Assembly: GCA_963731635.1 (NCBI GenBank)
Contig: CAVSWB010000004.1
Span: 240,780-304,779 of the forward strand
DNA: 64,000 nucleotides
Origin: an uncultured Chloroflexia bacterium
GTDB lineage: Bacteria; Chloroflexota; Limnocylindria; Limnocylindrales; CSP1-4
Reading direction: 5' to 3'
The number at the start of each line of letters is the position of its first letter. Position 1 is the stretch's first letter. Shown here piece after piece: positions 22,193 through 31,614 of the stretch. A model generated the notes under the pieces. It saw nothing but the letters and a program-made list of their open reading frames with translations, did not search any database and was not told the origin of the DNA. A program made the position numbers and the translations under genes.

Positions 22193-23524
22193 ATGGATCC
22201 GGTCGTCGTCCTCTTCATCACCGGCCTGGTCGTCGTCATCGGCTACGCGGCGGGAATTGCCATATCGCGTGGCCGCACGATCGATCGGCTGGCCGACGCC
22301 ACCGGCGCCAGAGACGCGGACGACGTCGAACGGCGAGTCCGCGATGCCCTCGACGACGCCGCTGCGGCCCGCTGGAACGCCGAGCAGGTCGCCCACGACA
22401 CCAGTTACCTGACCGAGCTTCTCACCGCGGGAATCGTGCGCCTCCGGGACGACCTGACCGTGGAGTTCGCGAACGAAGCCGCGCACGCCATTCTCGAGCG
22501 CAGGCCGGGGAGCATGGTCGGTCGCCCGGCCCTGGAGGCCTTCGTCGATACCCGGGTCGAGGGCATCGCCCAGACCGCGATGGATTACGGCTCGGCGAAC
22601 GGCGAGCTCACGGTACGCTCGGCCGCAGGCCCGACAGTGACGGTCCGAGCGCGCCGCTCCCCGGTCAGCGGGGTCTGGCTGGTCATGGAGGACGTCTCCG
22701 AGCTGCGCCGCCTGCAGCGCATCAGGGCCGAGTTCATCGACAACCTGTCGCACGAGCTGCGGACCCCGATCACGACCATAAGCCTCCTCGCGGAGACGGC
22801 TGCTCGAGACGCCGAAGCGGCGCCGGCACGCTTGCGGGACAAGATCTCGAAGATAGAGATAGAAACCGGCCACCTCACTCAGATGGTCAACGAACTGCTC
22901 GACCTGTCGCGCATCGAGAGCGGAACGGCTCAGTTGCTGCTTGACGACGTCGACATGGTCCAGCTTGCCCAGACGACCGCCGAGCGGCTGCGGCTATTTG
23001 CCGAGCGGCAGGGCCTGCGTCTGCGGGTCGACGTTCCGCACCGCATCCTCAAGGTCCGGGGCGACGAGGATCGGCTCGGCCAGGTCCTGATCAATCTGCT
23101 TCACAACGCGGTGAAGTTCAGCCCGAACGGCGGGGAGATCGTCGTGAGCGTGGGTGAAGGTAGCGGCGAAGTCATCACATCGGTGCGCGATCCGGGCATC
23201 GGGGTTCCGGCCGCGGACCGTGCCAGGATCTTCGAGCGCTTCTACAAGGTCGACCGCGCCAGAGTCCGCGGCCGGGGTGGGACGGGCCTCGGCCTCTCCA
23301 TCGCCAGGCACGTGGTCGTGTCTCACGGCGGGCGCATCTGGGTCGAATCCGTCGAGGGCGAAGGCTCGACATTCTCGTTCACGGTGCCTCTCGCGCCCGC
23401 GACGTTGGCGCAGGGGAGGGGCGGGCTCGGCACCGCCAATGGATCCGCGCAGGTCCCCCTCGAGCAGGTGGAGCCGGCGGGCCCGGCCGGTCCGGCGCCA
23501 AGAGGCGTGACCCCCGAGGTCTAG
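22193..23524 (+). CDS. phoR: PAS-containing sensor histidine kinase (PhoR-like)
   Basis: N-terminal TM, PAS (ANEAA), SHELRTP, NLLHNAVKF, IFERFYKVDRAR, GGTGLGLSIA. Confidence 0.85.
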   Translation: MDPVVVLFITGLVVVIGYAAGIAISRGRTIDRLADATGARDADDVERRVRDALDDAAAARWNAEQVAHDTSYLTELLTAGIVRLRDDLTVEFANEAAHAILERRPGSMVGRPALEAFVDTRVEGIAQTAMDYGSANGELTVRSAAGPTVTVRARRSPVSGVWLVMEDVSELRRLQRIRAEFIDNLSHELRTPITTISLLAETAARDAEAAPARLRDKISKIEIETGHLTQMVNELLDLSRIESGTAQLLLDDVDMVQLAQTTAERLRLFAERQGLRLRVDVPHRILKVRGDEDRLGQVLINLLHNAVKFSPNGGEIVVSVGEGSGEVITSVRDPGIGVPAADRARIFERFYKVDRARVRGRGGTGLGLSIARHVVVSHGGRIWVESVEGEGSTFSFTVPLAPATLAQGRGGLGTANGSAQVPLEQVEPAGPAGPAPRGVTPEV

Positions 23525-24216
23525 GGGTTGAGGTCCTCGACCGCGCCGGTCGAAAGGAACACGACTTCCTCGGCGATATTCGTGACGCGGTCGCCGATGC
23601 GCTCGAAATCCTTGGCCGCGAACAGAAGATGCGCGCCGGCCTCGACCCAGGCCGGCTCGGTCTGCATCCGAACCAGGGTGCGCTCGAAGTAGGCGTGGTA
23701 GAGCCGATCGATCTCGTCGTCTTTCGCCGCCACCGCCCGGGCCGCATCCGCGTCGAGATCGACCAGCGCGAGCAGCACGCCGTGCAGGATGTCGCTTGCC
23801 AGCCGGCCCGTCTGGTTGAGTTGCGTCGCGGTCGAGGAGCCCAAATCGACACCGCTCCCGGCCAGGCGGGCAACCTGGCGGGCCACACCCGCGGCGTGAT
23901 CGCCGATCCGCTCCAGCTCGTAGGTGACGTGGGACAGGGAGACGAGGAACCGCAGGTCGCCCGCGACCGGGGATTGTGTGGCGATCGTGGTCGCGATGAG
24001 GGACGCCAGCTCGGCCTGGGCACGGTCGACCTTCGCGTCGCCGGCCACGACCCGCGCGGCCGCCTGCAGGTCCTGGCGGGCGAAGGCGTCCACGGCCTCG
24101 TCGATGGCGGTCGCGACCAGCTCGCCCATGCGAACGACGTCTACCCGAACCTGCTGCAGTTCACGGCCAAGCACGTAGCGGTGACCGTGAGCGGCAAATC
24201 GATTGCTGTCGTACAC
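23521..24216 (-). CDS. phoU: Phosphate signalling protein PhoU (copy 2)
   Basis: [40 protein letters not shown]; start estimated at GTG 24216. Confidence 0.88.
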   Translation of the reverse strand: MYDSNRFAAHGHRYVLGRELQQVRVDVVRMGELVATAIDEAVDAFARQDLQAAARVVAGDAKVDRAQAELASLIATTIATQSPVAGDLRFLVSLSHVTYELERIGDHAAGVARQVARLAGSGVDLGSSTATQLNQTGRLASDILHGVLLALVDLDADAARAVAAKDDEIDRLYHAYFERTLVRMQTEPAWVEAGAHLLFAAKDFERIGDRVTNIAEEVVFLSTGAVEDLNP

Positions 24217-24326
24217 GCCCGATCTCCGACCGTCCCCCAGGAGAGGTCGGTCCGTGCCAGAGGCATTTTCGGCCGGCCGCCATGGGTGACGTTCCCAGGT
24301 CGGAAGCATACCGTCGCCGCCGAGGG

Positions 24327-24554
24327 TCAGGGATCGAGAACCGGCGACTCGACCGGTTCTTCGGGGGCGCCGAGCAGCCCGAGGATGGCCTGGTAGGAGA
24401 GAACGGTGCGGCGCGAGACGAGCGCGGCTATGCGATGTGGATCGCGGCGGATTCGCCCGGGCCGGGGGGTCGAGAGGCGAGGCCAGAGGGCCAGGCCCCG
24501 GGCGTAGTAGTCCGGACCGGACTGGATCGGAGCGGCCCGTCCGGCGTTAGTCAT
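24327..24554 (-). CDS. Small hypothetical protein (75 aa)
   Basis: GAGGT RBS; overlaps the upstream ORF stop; colinear with phoU2. Confidence 0.45.
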   Translation of the reverse strand: MTNAGRAAPIQSGPDYYARGLALWPRLSTPRPGRIRRDPHRIAALVSRRTVLSYQAILGLLGAPEEPVESPVLDP

Positions 24555-24879
24555 CGACGACCTCGAGCGGGCACCCTGCCGATGGCTCAGTCGATTCGGG
24601 AGCGAGCTCCAGCCAGCGTGCGGCGTAGGCGAGCTCGAGCACCTCTGTGGCGGAACCCGATGCGAACTCGGTCGTGGCGAGCCGGCAGAGCGATTCCCGC
24701 CGATACAATTCGAGGAGGGCGACCCGGCTTCGGATCGGTTCGAGCTGAGCCCGAACGAGGGCGACCCGTTCTGCCAGCGCTGGGGGAGCCATAGGCTCCA
24801 GTGCGACTCCGGGCATCACCGATAGGCCTCCTTGCCCGCCGGGGCGCTTCATTCGAAGCGAATCCGAGCGGCGGATCAT
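24547..24879 (-). CDS. Hypothetical protein (up to 110 aa)
   Basis: Helical-looking ORF directly downstream of a Pho-box-like promoter. Confidence 0.5.
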   Translation of the reverse strand: MIRRSDSLRMKRPGGQGGLSVMPGVALEPMAPPALAERVALVRAQLEPIRSRVALLELYRRESLCRLATTEFASGSATEVLELAYAARWLELAPESTEPSAGCPLEVVDD

Positions 24880-24883
24880 GCCC

Positions 24884-24927
24884 AGCCTGGAGCCGGCAGG
24901 TCATCGGCCGATAAACCGACCGTTAAC
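24884..24927 (-). promoter_or_regulatory. Pho-box-like array (24900, 24911, 24922) with -10 CAGGCT
   Basis: GTCATC/ATAAAC/GTTAAC at an 11-bp period, 10-bp gap to nAnnnT. Confidence 0.55.
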
Positions 24928-24955
24928 GTATGAATTTGTGCGGGCCAGAACCACG

Positions 24956-24986
24956 AAGAAGCCGCGGCTCAGGACCGCGGCTTCTT
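24956..24986 (-). terminator. Intrinsic terminator after the histone-like gene
   Basis: AAGAAGCCGCGG-7nt-CCGCGGCTTCTT perfect inverted repeat. Confidence 0.75.
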
Positions 24987-25019
24987 GTTGCGAACGGGGC
25001 CAGTCGGGGGCCCGGGCGG

Positions 25020-25736
25020 TTAGCGCTCGGGCGGCGGCGTGGTGGCCGGGTTTGAGGGGAGTGCGGGTCGCGGCCTGCCGGCCGCTCCGTTAGAGCGAGT
25101 TCGGGCGGCGCGCTTGACCGGGGCGCGTTTTGCGGCAGGGCTCGGGGCAACCGGAGCCGGAGCCGCATCGGCGTCGGGCGCTTCGTGCAGAGCGGGGACC
25201 TCGGTGGCAGCCGCCCGGGTCGCCGGCTTTGCCGCCGCCCGGGCCGGCCCTGCCGCCGCCCGGGCCGCGCGGGGTTTCGCCGCCGGCTTAATCACTGGTT
25301 TCGTGGCGGCAGCCGGTTTCGCGGCGCTCGGAGCGACGGCTTTTCGAGCAGCCGGCCTCGGAGCCGCAGCCTTCGCCACGGGCTCGGAGATCGCTGTGGA
25401 CGTGGCCGCCGCTTTCGCCGCGGGCTCCGTCTTCGGCGCGGCAGGCCGGCTCGCCGACGGCCCGGTCTCGCCGGACCTGGCGGCCTGGACGGACGCCCGG
25501 GCGGTCTCGATCTGGTCTATGGCGGCCTCGATCCGCTGACGGCGCCGGAGCGCCCGCTCCAGCTTGCGCAGGCGCTTGCGTTCGAGACGAGCCGCCTCGG
25601 CCAGCCGGCTCCTCAGCTTGCTCAATCGGCGGCGCAGAGTCTTGCGGACCGCCTTGGAAGCCTTGCCCGAGGTCGCTGCGACGGGTGCCTTTTCGCGGTC
25701 CGAGTCGCGTGAGACCTTCGTTCCCTTTTTGGCCAT
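25020..25736 (-). CDS. Highly basic Ala/Lys/Arg/Pro-rich histone H1-like protein with N-terminal coiled coil
   Basis: MAKKG start after AAGGGGG; R/K-rich helix, then AAKPA-type low-complexity repeats. Confidence 0.7.
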   Translation of the reverse strand: MAKKGTKVSRDSDREKAPVAATSGKASKAVRKTLRRRLSKLRSRLAEAARLERKRLRKLERALRRRQRIEAAIDQIETARASVQAARSGETGPSASRPAAPKTEPAAKAAATSTAISEPVAKAAAPRPAARKAVAPSAAKPAAATKPVIKPAAKPRAARAAAGPARAAAKPATRAAATEVPALHEAPDADAAPAPVAPSPAAKRAPVKRAARTRSNGAAGRPRPALPSNPATTPPPER

Positions 25737-25895
25737 TGCGGCCCCCTTTGGCTGGACGTGTTCTGGTCTGCCCAGGTCGACTTCCAGGCTTTCCGTCCGG
25801 TCGGGGAGGATAGTCCAGGCGCGTCTCGACGCACAACCGGAAACCTACCCAGTGAGACTCCGGTGCCTATGCAGCCGAATGGGTTCGCTCCGGCA

Positions 25896-26396
25896 TCAAT
25901 CCTGGGAGGCCAGCAGCTCCGGCGGAAGCAGCCATCGGAGGACGCCCGAACCGGGTTCGATCGGTCGGGTCGAATTGATCCGGATGAGAGCGCCTTTTCG
26001 CATCGGCAGGTCCGCGACTCCGACCAGGGCTGCCGCCAGCTCGCTGAAATCCGGATCGTGACCGACGAGCAGCGGCCGGCTCGGGTTTCCGAGCGAGACC
26101 AGCAGCGCCTCGAGTGCGGCGACGTCGAGGGGCTCACCCAGCGCCTCGACGACCCGGACCGGGAGCCCGAGCGGCGTTGCGGCGAGCCGGGCGGTATCCA
26201 GCGCGCGAAGCTTCGGGGACGAGGCGATCGCGTCGGGTTCGAATTCCGCCTCGGCCAGCAGCAGTCCGAGCCGCGCCGCCTGAAACCGGCCCTTCTCAGA
26301 GAGCGGGCGGAGGTCGTCCGGGCCGCCCCACTTCATCGGATCGCCGGCGTGAGCGTGGCGGAGTAAGTGGAGCTGGACCTCGTTTCGTGCGCTCAT
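25896..26396 (-). CDS. sixA: Phosphohistidine phosphatase SixA family
   Basis: LLRHAHA, RPLSEKG, SSPKLRA, LVGHDP; ATGA overlap with the CHAD gene. Confidence 0.88.
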   Translation of the reverse strand: MSARNEVQLHLLRHAHAGDPMKWGGPDDLRPLSEKGRFQAARLGLLLAEAEFEPDAIASSPKLRALDTARLAATPLGLPVRVVEALGEPLDVAALEALLVSLGNPSRPLLVGHDPDFSELAAALVGVADLPMRKGALIRINSTRPIEPGSGVLRWLLPPELLASQD

Positions 26397-28159
26397 AGCG
26401 CCGCAGTTGCCCGGCCGAGCGACCTGCGGAACGTCGCACCGGCCACCGCCCGCCAGATCGGACCGATCGTCCGCCGCCGCCTGGCGAGCTCGCGCTCGTT
26501 CACCCGCATATATGCGCCGATTGCGTCTGCCTCCGACCGCGACAACTCTCCGGCCCGAGCAACAAGGACGTCGCGAGCCAGCTTGGCAGCCACATCGGCG
26601 TCGTGGAGGCAGCCGAGGTGGTCCTGCAGGGCCACGACACGCAGGAGCAGGCGCGGCGCGTCCGGCCCCAGGGTCTCGCCGAAGAACTCCAGTCCGTAGC
26701 GCAGCCACTTCGCCGCGATGCGCAGTTCGTGGAGGGTTTGCACGTCGGCCCAGGCGAGCACCAGTTCGTAGGCCCGGACCGTTTCGTATGAACTCCAGAG
26801 CAGCGAAGGCGCGCGGTCCTTCACTCGGTTGGGGCGGGAAGGCGAAGTCGCAACGGCTGCTGAGGTCGCGCCGCCGTTGAGGAAAGCTTCCATTTCTTCG
26901 CCAAAGCCGGCATAACCGGACGAATCGAGCTCGTCGAGCAGGAGAGTCCGGGCGGCTTTTCTCTCTTTCTTCCACATCGACATGAGCGGGTCCAGGCCGG
27001 CTCGATCGCCTTCGCCCAGACCCGACCGGTACTTCTCGAGGCCGTCGATCATGACGTCGAGGTCCCGAGCGGCGCCGAGCCTGTCGGCAATTTTCTCCAG
27101 GCGCCGCCTGATCTTCCTGGTTCGACCGGCGCGGAAAGAGTCGTCGAAGACGCGCCACGCCGCTCTCATCCGACGGGTGGCCACGCGCATGTCGTGGAGC
27201 GCCTCAATATCGGAGTCGCTCCTGACCGCTTCCTCCCACTTGCGCAACCGATCGAAGTTGAAGCGCAGGATCTTGCAGGCGGCTTCGGCCATCGGGTCGT
27301 CGGCCAGGACACCCAGTGCTCGCGGTCCCCCCGGCTTCGCCGGAACGTCCGCGCCCGAGGCAGTTGCCGGCTCCGGCGGACGATCCGTCGTTGCCGCGGG
27401 CCGAACCGGCTCGGCCGGGACCGGCGCCGGAGCCGACGTCGGCACCGGCTGTGCCGCCCCTCCCTCGCCGAGCACGTCCGGCGGCGCGGATTGCCACCGG
27501 CGCCGTACGTCCGGAGGGAGCTGCTCGAGCGCGCCGCGAACCGCATTGACGGCCCGATCCAGCTTCGAGCGGGAAACGCCCCTCAATCCCTCCTCGCGGT
27601 CGAGCACGTCGGCGAGGGCTTCGAGCGGCGCCTCCGAGCCGCGCTTGAGCTCGACCTCGAGCTCCTCGAAGTGATCGATCTCGCGTTCGGCGCTCTCGAC
27701 GCTGACCTCGTCGATGCTCAGCTCGACCCTCGTGCCGTCCGACTCGAAGCGTCGCACCCGGCGCAGCTGTCGGAGCGTTAGCAGTTCGATTAGCGGCGCG
27801 TCACCGCACAGTTCCAGGATTACGGACCGGGCCTGGGATGAGGGCCACGAGGCCGGCCGCTGGGTAGGGTCGGCCGGTCCCTCCAGCTCATCGCGGCGGT
27901 GGAGGCGTCCTCCGGACGGAGCGTGCGTCTTGAGGCAGATCTGCGTGCCGTGGGAGGTGCGGCGAAGTCGCGCCGCGAATCCTGCGCGGGCCAGTGCCCA
28001 ATCGGCTGAGTCGACGTAGCGGTCTTCGAGCTGGATGGAGCTGACGCGGCCCGCCGGCCTGAACGTGCCGAGCTCCGGCGCCACGAGATAGCGGTCGGCA
28101 CTGCCTGCGCCCGCGACTTCGTATTTGAGCTCGACTTCGAGCTTGCGACCCGTTGCCAA
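26393..28159 (-). CDS. CYTH-CHAD fusion protein (YgiF-like, polyphosphate binding)
   Basis: EVELK, RLRR, ELEVELK (CYTH); LHDMRVATRRMR, RDLDV, LHELRIAAKWLRY, QDHLGCLHD (CHAD). Confidence 0.9.
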   Translation of the reverse strand: MATGRKLEVELKYEVAGAGSADRYLVAPELGTFRPAGRVSSIQLEDRYVDSADWALARAGFAARLRRTSHGTQICLKTHAPSGGRLHRRDELEGPADPTQRPASWPSSQARSVILELCGDAPLIELLTLRQLRRVRRFESDGTRVELSIDEVSVESAEREIDHFEELEVELKRGSEAPLEALADVLDREEGLRGVSRSKLDRAVNAVRGALEQLPPDVRRRWQSAPPDVLGEGGAAQPVPTSAPAPVPAEPVRPAATTDRPPEPATASGADVPAKPGGPRALGVLADDPMAEAACKILRFNFDRLRKWEEAVRSDSDIEALHDMRVATRRMRAAWRVFDDSFRAGRTRKIRRRLEKIADRLGAARDLDVMIDGLEKYRSGLGEGDRAGLDPLMSMWKKERKAARTLLLDELDSSGYAGFGEEMEAFLNGGATSAAVATSPSRPNRVKDRAPSLLWSSYETVRAYELVLAWADVQTLHELRIAAKWLRYGLEFFGETLGPDAPRLLLRVVALQDHLGCLHDADVAAKLARDVLVARAGELSRSEADAIGAYMRVNERELARRRRTIGPIWRAVAGATFRRSLGRATAAL

Positions 28160-28235
28160 TCCTCGACCCGCCTTCCATCAGTCCACGATGGCAGCTCGCG
28201 GCCCGCACTGCGGCCCGTACTGCTGCCCGGTGCCG

Positions 28236-30398
28236 TTACGCCCTTGGATCGAGCGATCCCGTACCCGCGTGAGGTCGCCGCGGCTCGACCGCCTTCACGG
28301 CCGACTCTGCGGCAACCGCCTGGAGGATTTCGAACGTGTCGAGCGTGCCCGGCATCCCGTCCAATTCCTCGGTCCGGCGATAAGCGCCGTCGGCGCACAG
28401 CTGCCAGGACCGGCGGTCGTCGGCGAGCATCACTTCGATTACCCGCTTTATCCGCTCCTGGGCCTCGAGATCCTCGACGGGCACCACTGCCTCCACCCGC
28501 CGGTCCAGGTTGCGTTCCATCAGGTCGGCCGAGCCGATGTACCACTCGGGCCGTTCATCGTTGGCGAAGTGGAACACCCTGGAGTGCTCGAGGTATTGGC
28601 CCACGATCGACCGAACGCGGATGCTTCCGCTGGTGCCTTCGAGACCCGGCCAGAGCGAGCAGATGCCGCGAATGATCAGGTCCACGCTGACGCCCGCCTC
28701 GGAGGCGTCGTAGAGCGCCGCCACGCAGGCCGGGTCCACGAGCGAGTTGAGCTTGAGGATGATCCTGGCGGGTCGGCCGGCTCGCGCGTGTTCCGTTTCG
28801 CGCCGGATCATGGCCAGGATCCAAGTGCGCAGATTCATCGGCGCCACGATCAGCCGCCGGAAGTCCCTCTGGCGCGAGAGCCCCGTCAGGACGTTGAACA
28901 GATCGCTGACGTCGGCGCCCAGCTCCGGGCGGCAGGAGAGCAGACCGAAGTCCGTGTACAGCCGCGCCGTGCCCGAGTTGTAGTTGCCCGTTCCGATGTG
29001 GACATAGCGCCGCAGACTCGAACCCTCGCGCCGGACGACGAGCGACGTCTTGGAGTGCGTCTTGAGCCCGACCAGGCCGTACACGACGTGGGCACCGGCC
29101 TGCTCGAGCTTGCGTGCCCAGACGATGTTGGCCTCTTCGTCGAAGCGCGCTTTGATCTCGACCAGGACCACAACCTGCTTGCCGCGCTCCGCCGCGGCGA
29201 TGAGATCTCGCACGATCGGGGAGTCGCCGCTGGTGCGGTAGAGGGTCATCTTGATCGAGAGGACCTCGGGATCGGCCGCAGCCTGCGCGATGAACTGCTG
29301 GGTGGAGGCGGCGAAGCTCTCGTAGGGGTGGTGCACGAGCAGGTCGCCGGCGCGGATCGCGGCGAAGATGTCCGCCGGCTCGTCCTCGTCAGGCGGCAGC
29401 AACCGTGGCGGCAGCGCAGGCGTATATGGCGGTAGCTTGAGGTCCGGCCGGTCCAGCCTGGCGATTTCCCAGAGGCTGGTGTGGTCGATCATGCTGCCGA
29501 CCTCGTAGCCGTCTTCGGGGGCCACGCCGACGCCCTTTTCGAGGACCTGGCGCATTGCGGTGGGCATCGCTTCATCGACCTCGAGCCTGACGGCTTCGCC
29601 GAATCGCCGGCGGCGCAGCTCCTCCTGGATCGCCAGCAGCAAATCGTCGGCTTCGTCCTCCTCGATCTCGAGGTCGGCGTTGCGGGTCACGCGGAAGAGG
29701 TGTGTCTCGAGGATGGTCATCCCCGAGAAGAGCAGGTCCAGGTTGGCCGCGATGACCTGCTCCAGCAGCACGAAGGTGCTCGGACCGATCGGTACGAAGC
29801 GCGGCAGGATCGGCGGTACCTTGACGCGCGCGAAACGGTCGGGGCCGCCGTCCGGGTTCTCCATCCGGATGGCGATCGAAAGACTGAGCGTGCTGATATA
29901 CGGGAACGGATGGCCGGGGTCCACCGCAAGCGGCGTCAGGACCGGATACATGTCGTTGATGAACCGCTCGCGCAGCTCTGCATGGCTCTCCGGGACGTCG
30001 GCATAGTGAACGATCGAGATCCCGGCAGCGCCCAGATCCGCGCAAACGCCGTCGAAGATGCGGCGCTGCTCGATCAGCAGCTCCCGGAACCGCTGGCGGA
30101 TGTCGGTCAGCTGCTCGGCCGCCGAACGTTCACCGGGCGAATTCGGCACCGCGCCTGCCCGGGCTTGCTCCATGAGTCCCGCGACGCGGATCTGGAAGAA
30201 CTCGTCCATGTTGCTGGCGAAGATGGCCAGGAACTTGACCCGCTCCAGGAGCGGGTTACGAGCGTCGGAGCCCTCGTACAGAACGCGATGCTGGAACTCG
30301 AGCGAGCTCAGTTCGCGGTTGATGTATGGGAAATCGGGGCCCGCCTCGAACCCGGACAGGACCGGCCTGGGGGTTTCGCTCCGATCGATAGCCGTCAC
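28236..30398 (-). CDS. ppk1: Polyphosphate kinase 1
   Basis: YINRELS, PLLERVKF, PGHPFP, HHPYESF, KARFDE, KTHSK, LEHSR, SADLMERNLDRRVE. Confidence 0.97.
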   Translation of the reverse strand: MTAIDRSETPRPVLSGFEAGPDFPYINRELSSLEFQHRVLYEGSDARNPLLERVKFLAIFASNMDEFFQIRVAGLMEQARAGAVPNSPGERSAAEQLTDIRQRFRELLIEQRRIFDGVCADLGAAGISIVHYADVPESHAELRERFINDMYPVLTPLAVDPGHPFPYISTLSLSIAIRMENPDGGPDRFARVKVPPILPRFVPIGPSTFVLLEQVIAANLDLLFSGMTILETHLFRVTRNADLEIEEDEADDLLLAIQEELRRRRFGEAVRLEVDEAMPTAMRQVLEKGVGVAPEDGYEVGSMIDHTSLWEIARLDRPDLKLPPYTPALPPRLLPPDEDEPADIFAAIRAGDLLVHHPYESFAASTQQFIAQAAADPEVLSIKMTLYRTSGDSPIVRDLIAAAERGKQVVVLVEIKARFDEEANIVWARKLEQAGAHVVYGLVGLKTHSKTSLVVRREGSSLRRYVHIGTGNYNSGTARLYTDFGLLSCRPELGADVSDLFNVLTGLSRQRDFRRLIVAPMNLRTWILAMIRRETEHARAGRPARIILKLNSLVDPACVAALYDASEAGVSVDLIIRGICSLWPGLEGTSGSIRVRSIVGQYLEHSRVFHFANDERPEWYIGSADLMERNLDRRVEAVVPVEDLEAQERIKRVIEVMLADDRRSWQLCADGAYRRTEELDGMPGTLDTFEILQAVAAESAVKAVEPRRPHAGTGSLDPRA

Positions 30399-30518
30399 GT
30401 CAGTCCGGTAAGCCTCGTGCGTCAGCTGCCAGCCGCGGCATGCATCGGCCCATTCTGCCTTTCTTGCGAGTTATGGCAAGCGCGGCACCGGACGGAGGCT
30501 TGCCGCGGCCGCGCGTGG

Positions 30519-30881
30519 CTAGCGGTAGGGCGACTGGCCTTCGGCCCTGTAGCGTCGCTGGCCCGTCGCGCCGTCGACCCAGACTCGCATTACCTGGCCG
30601 CTCTCCGGGTCGGTGAACAGCTCGCCGGTCGGCCGGAACCGCGGCTCGAGCCACTCGCTTTCGCCGCCGCCGGGACCGGGGTCGAGCCCGGCCTTCTCGG
30701 CCATCTCGGATCTGTACCTGTTTCGTTGCAGGATGGACACGACCATTGCGCCTGCGCCGAGCAGGATCGCCAGGATACCCGAGCCGTCTGCATTGGCACC
30801 CGGAGACAGGGCGACGAGCCCGCCGAGACACAACAGAACCCCGATGGCGAAGGCCAGCGCCCTCACCCAGGCGTTCAGCAT
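30519..30881 (-). CDS. Small 2-TM membrane protein with C-terminal PRFxPTxExFxDP motif
   Basis: Two hydrophobic helices; C-terminal domain shared with the adjacent ORF. Confidence 0.7.
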   Translation of the reverse strand: MLNAWVRALAFAIGVLLCLGGLVALSPGANADGSGILAILLGAGAMVVSILQRNRYRSEMAEKAGLDPGPGGGESEWLEPRFRPTGELFTDPESGQVMRVWVDGATGQRRYRAEGQSPYR

Positions 30882-30891
30882 GGTGGCCTCG

Positions 30892-31179
30892 TCATCTGGA
30901 CTTGCGGTATCTCCGCTCGCCGGTCCTGGGATCGACGTGGACGCGGACCAGGCCGTCGCCGCCCGGGTCGCGGAAGACTTCGTCGGTCGGCTCGAAACGC
31001 GGGTCCACCTCCGCGTCTCGTCGACGAGTTCGGCGACCCGAAACGAAACCCAGGGCGATCAACCCGATCAATGCCAGCAGCAGAACCACGAGCAATCCGG
31101 TCACGCCGAGGACCTCGCTGCCGGCCACGAGAGCCAGCCCCGCGACAGCCCAGGCTATCCAGGTGTAAACGTCCGGCAT
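30892..31179 (-). CDS. Small 2-TM membrane protein, paralog of 30519-30881
   Basis: GGAG RBS; VDPRFEPTDEVFRDP...RVHVDPRTGERRY. Confidence 0.7.
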   Translation of the reverse strand: MPDVYTWIAWAVAGLALVAGSEVLGVTGLLVVLLLALIGLIALGFVSGRRTRRRDAEVDPRFEPTDEVFRDPGGDGLVRVHVDPRTGERRYRKSR

Positions 31180-31248
31180 CTCCGACGCTCCGGCGGCGCC
31201 GCCCCGTCTCAGGAAGGCGGCGCCGGAATCAACCTCGCCGTTCGACCG

Positions 31249-31596
31249 CTATTCGCCGACCTGTGCCCCGGCGGCGGAGTCCGGAACCACGACCACGGCC
31301 GTGCCGTAGGCAACGATCTCGGACATGGTGTTGCCGATCTCCGACGAGTCGAATCTCATCGAGAGGACGGCATTGGCCCCCATCAGGGTCGCGTTCTGCA
31401 CCATCCTGTCGAGGGCCTGCCGGCGGGTGTCCTCCAGGAGCGAGGTGTACTCGTGGATTTCGCCGCCCACGAGCGAGCGAAGGCCGGCGGCGAAATTGCC
31501 TGCAAAGCCGCGGCTCCTCACGACCAGGCCGAAGACCTGGCCCTTGGCCTCGGTGACCCGATAGCCGGCGAGGTATGGCGTTGTCGCGACGATCAT
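31249..31596 (-). CDS. ybjQ: YbjQ/UPF0145 family protein
   Basis: MIVATT, GGEIHEYT, GANAVLSMRFD, AYGTAV. Confidence 0.92.
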   Translation of the reverse strand: MIVATTPYLAGYRVTEAKGQVFGLVVRSRGFAGNFAAGLRSLVGGEIHEYTSLLEDTRRQALDRMVQNATLMGANAVLSMRFDSSEIGNTMSEIVAYGTAVVVVPDSAAGAQVGE

Positions 31597-31614
31597 CTGA
31601 TCTCCTTCGGTGGT

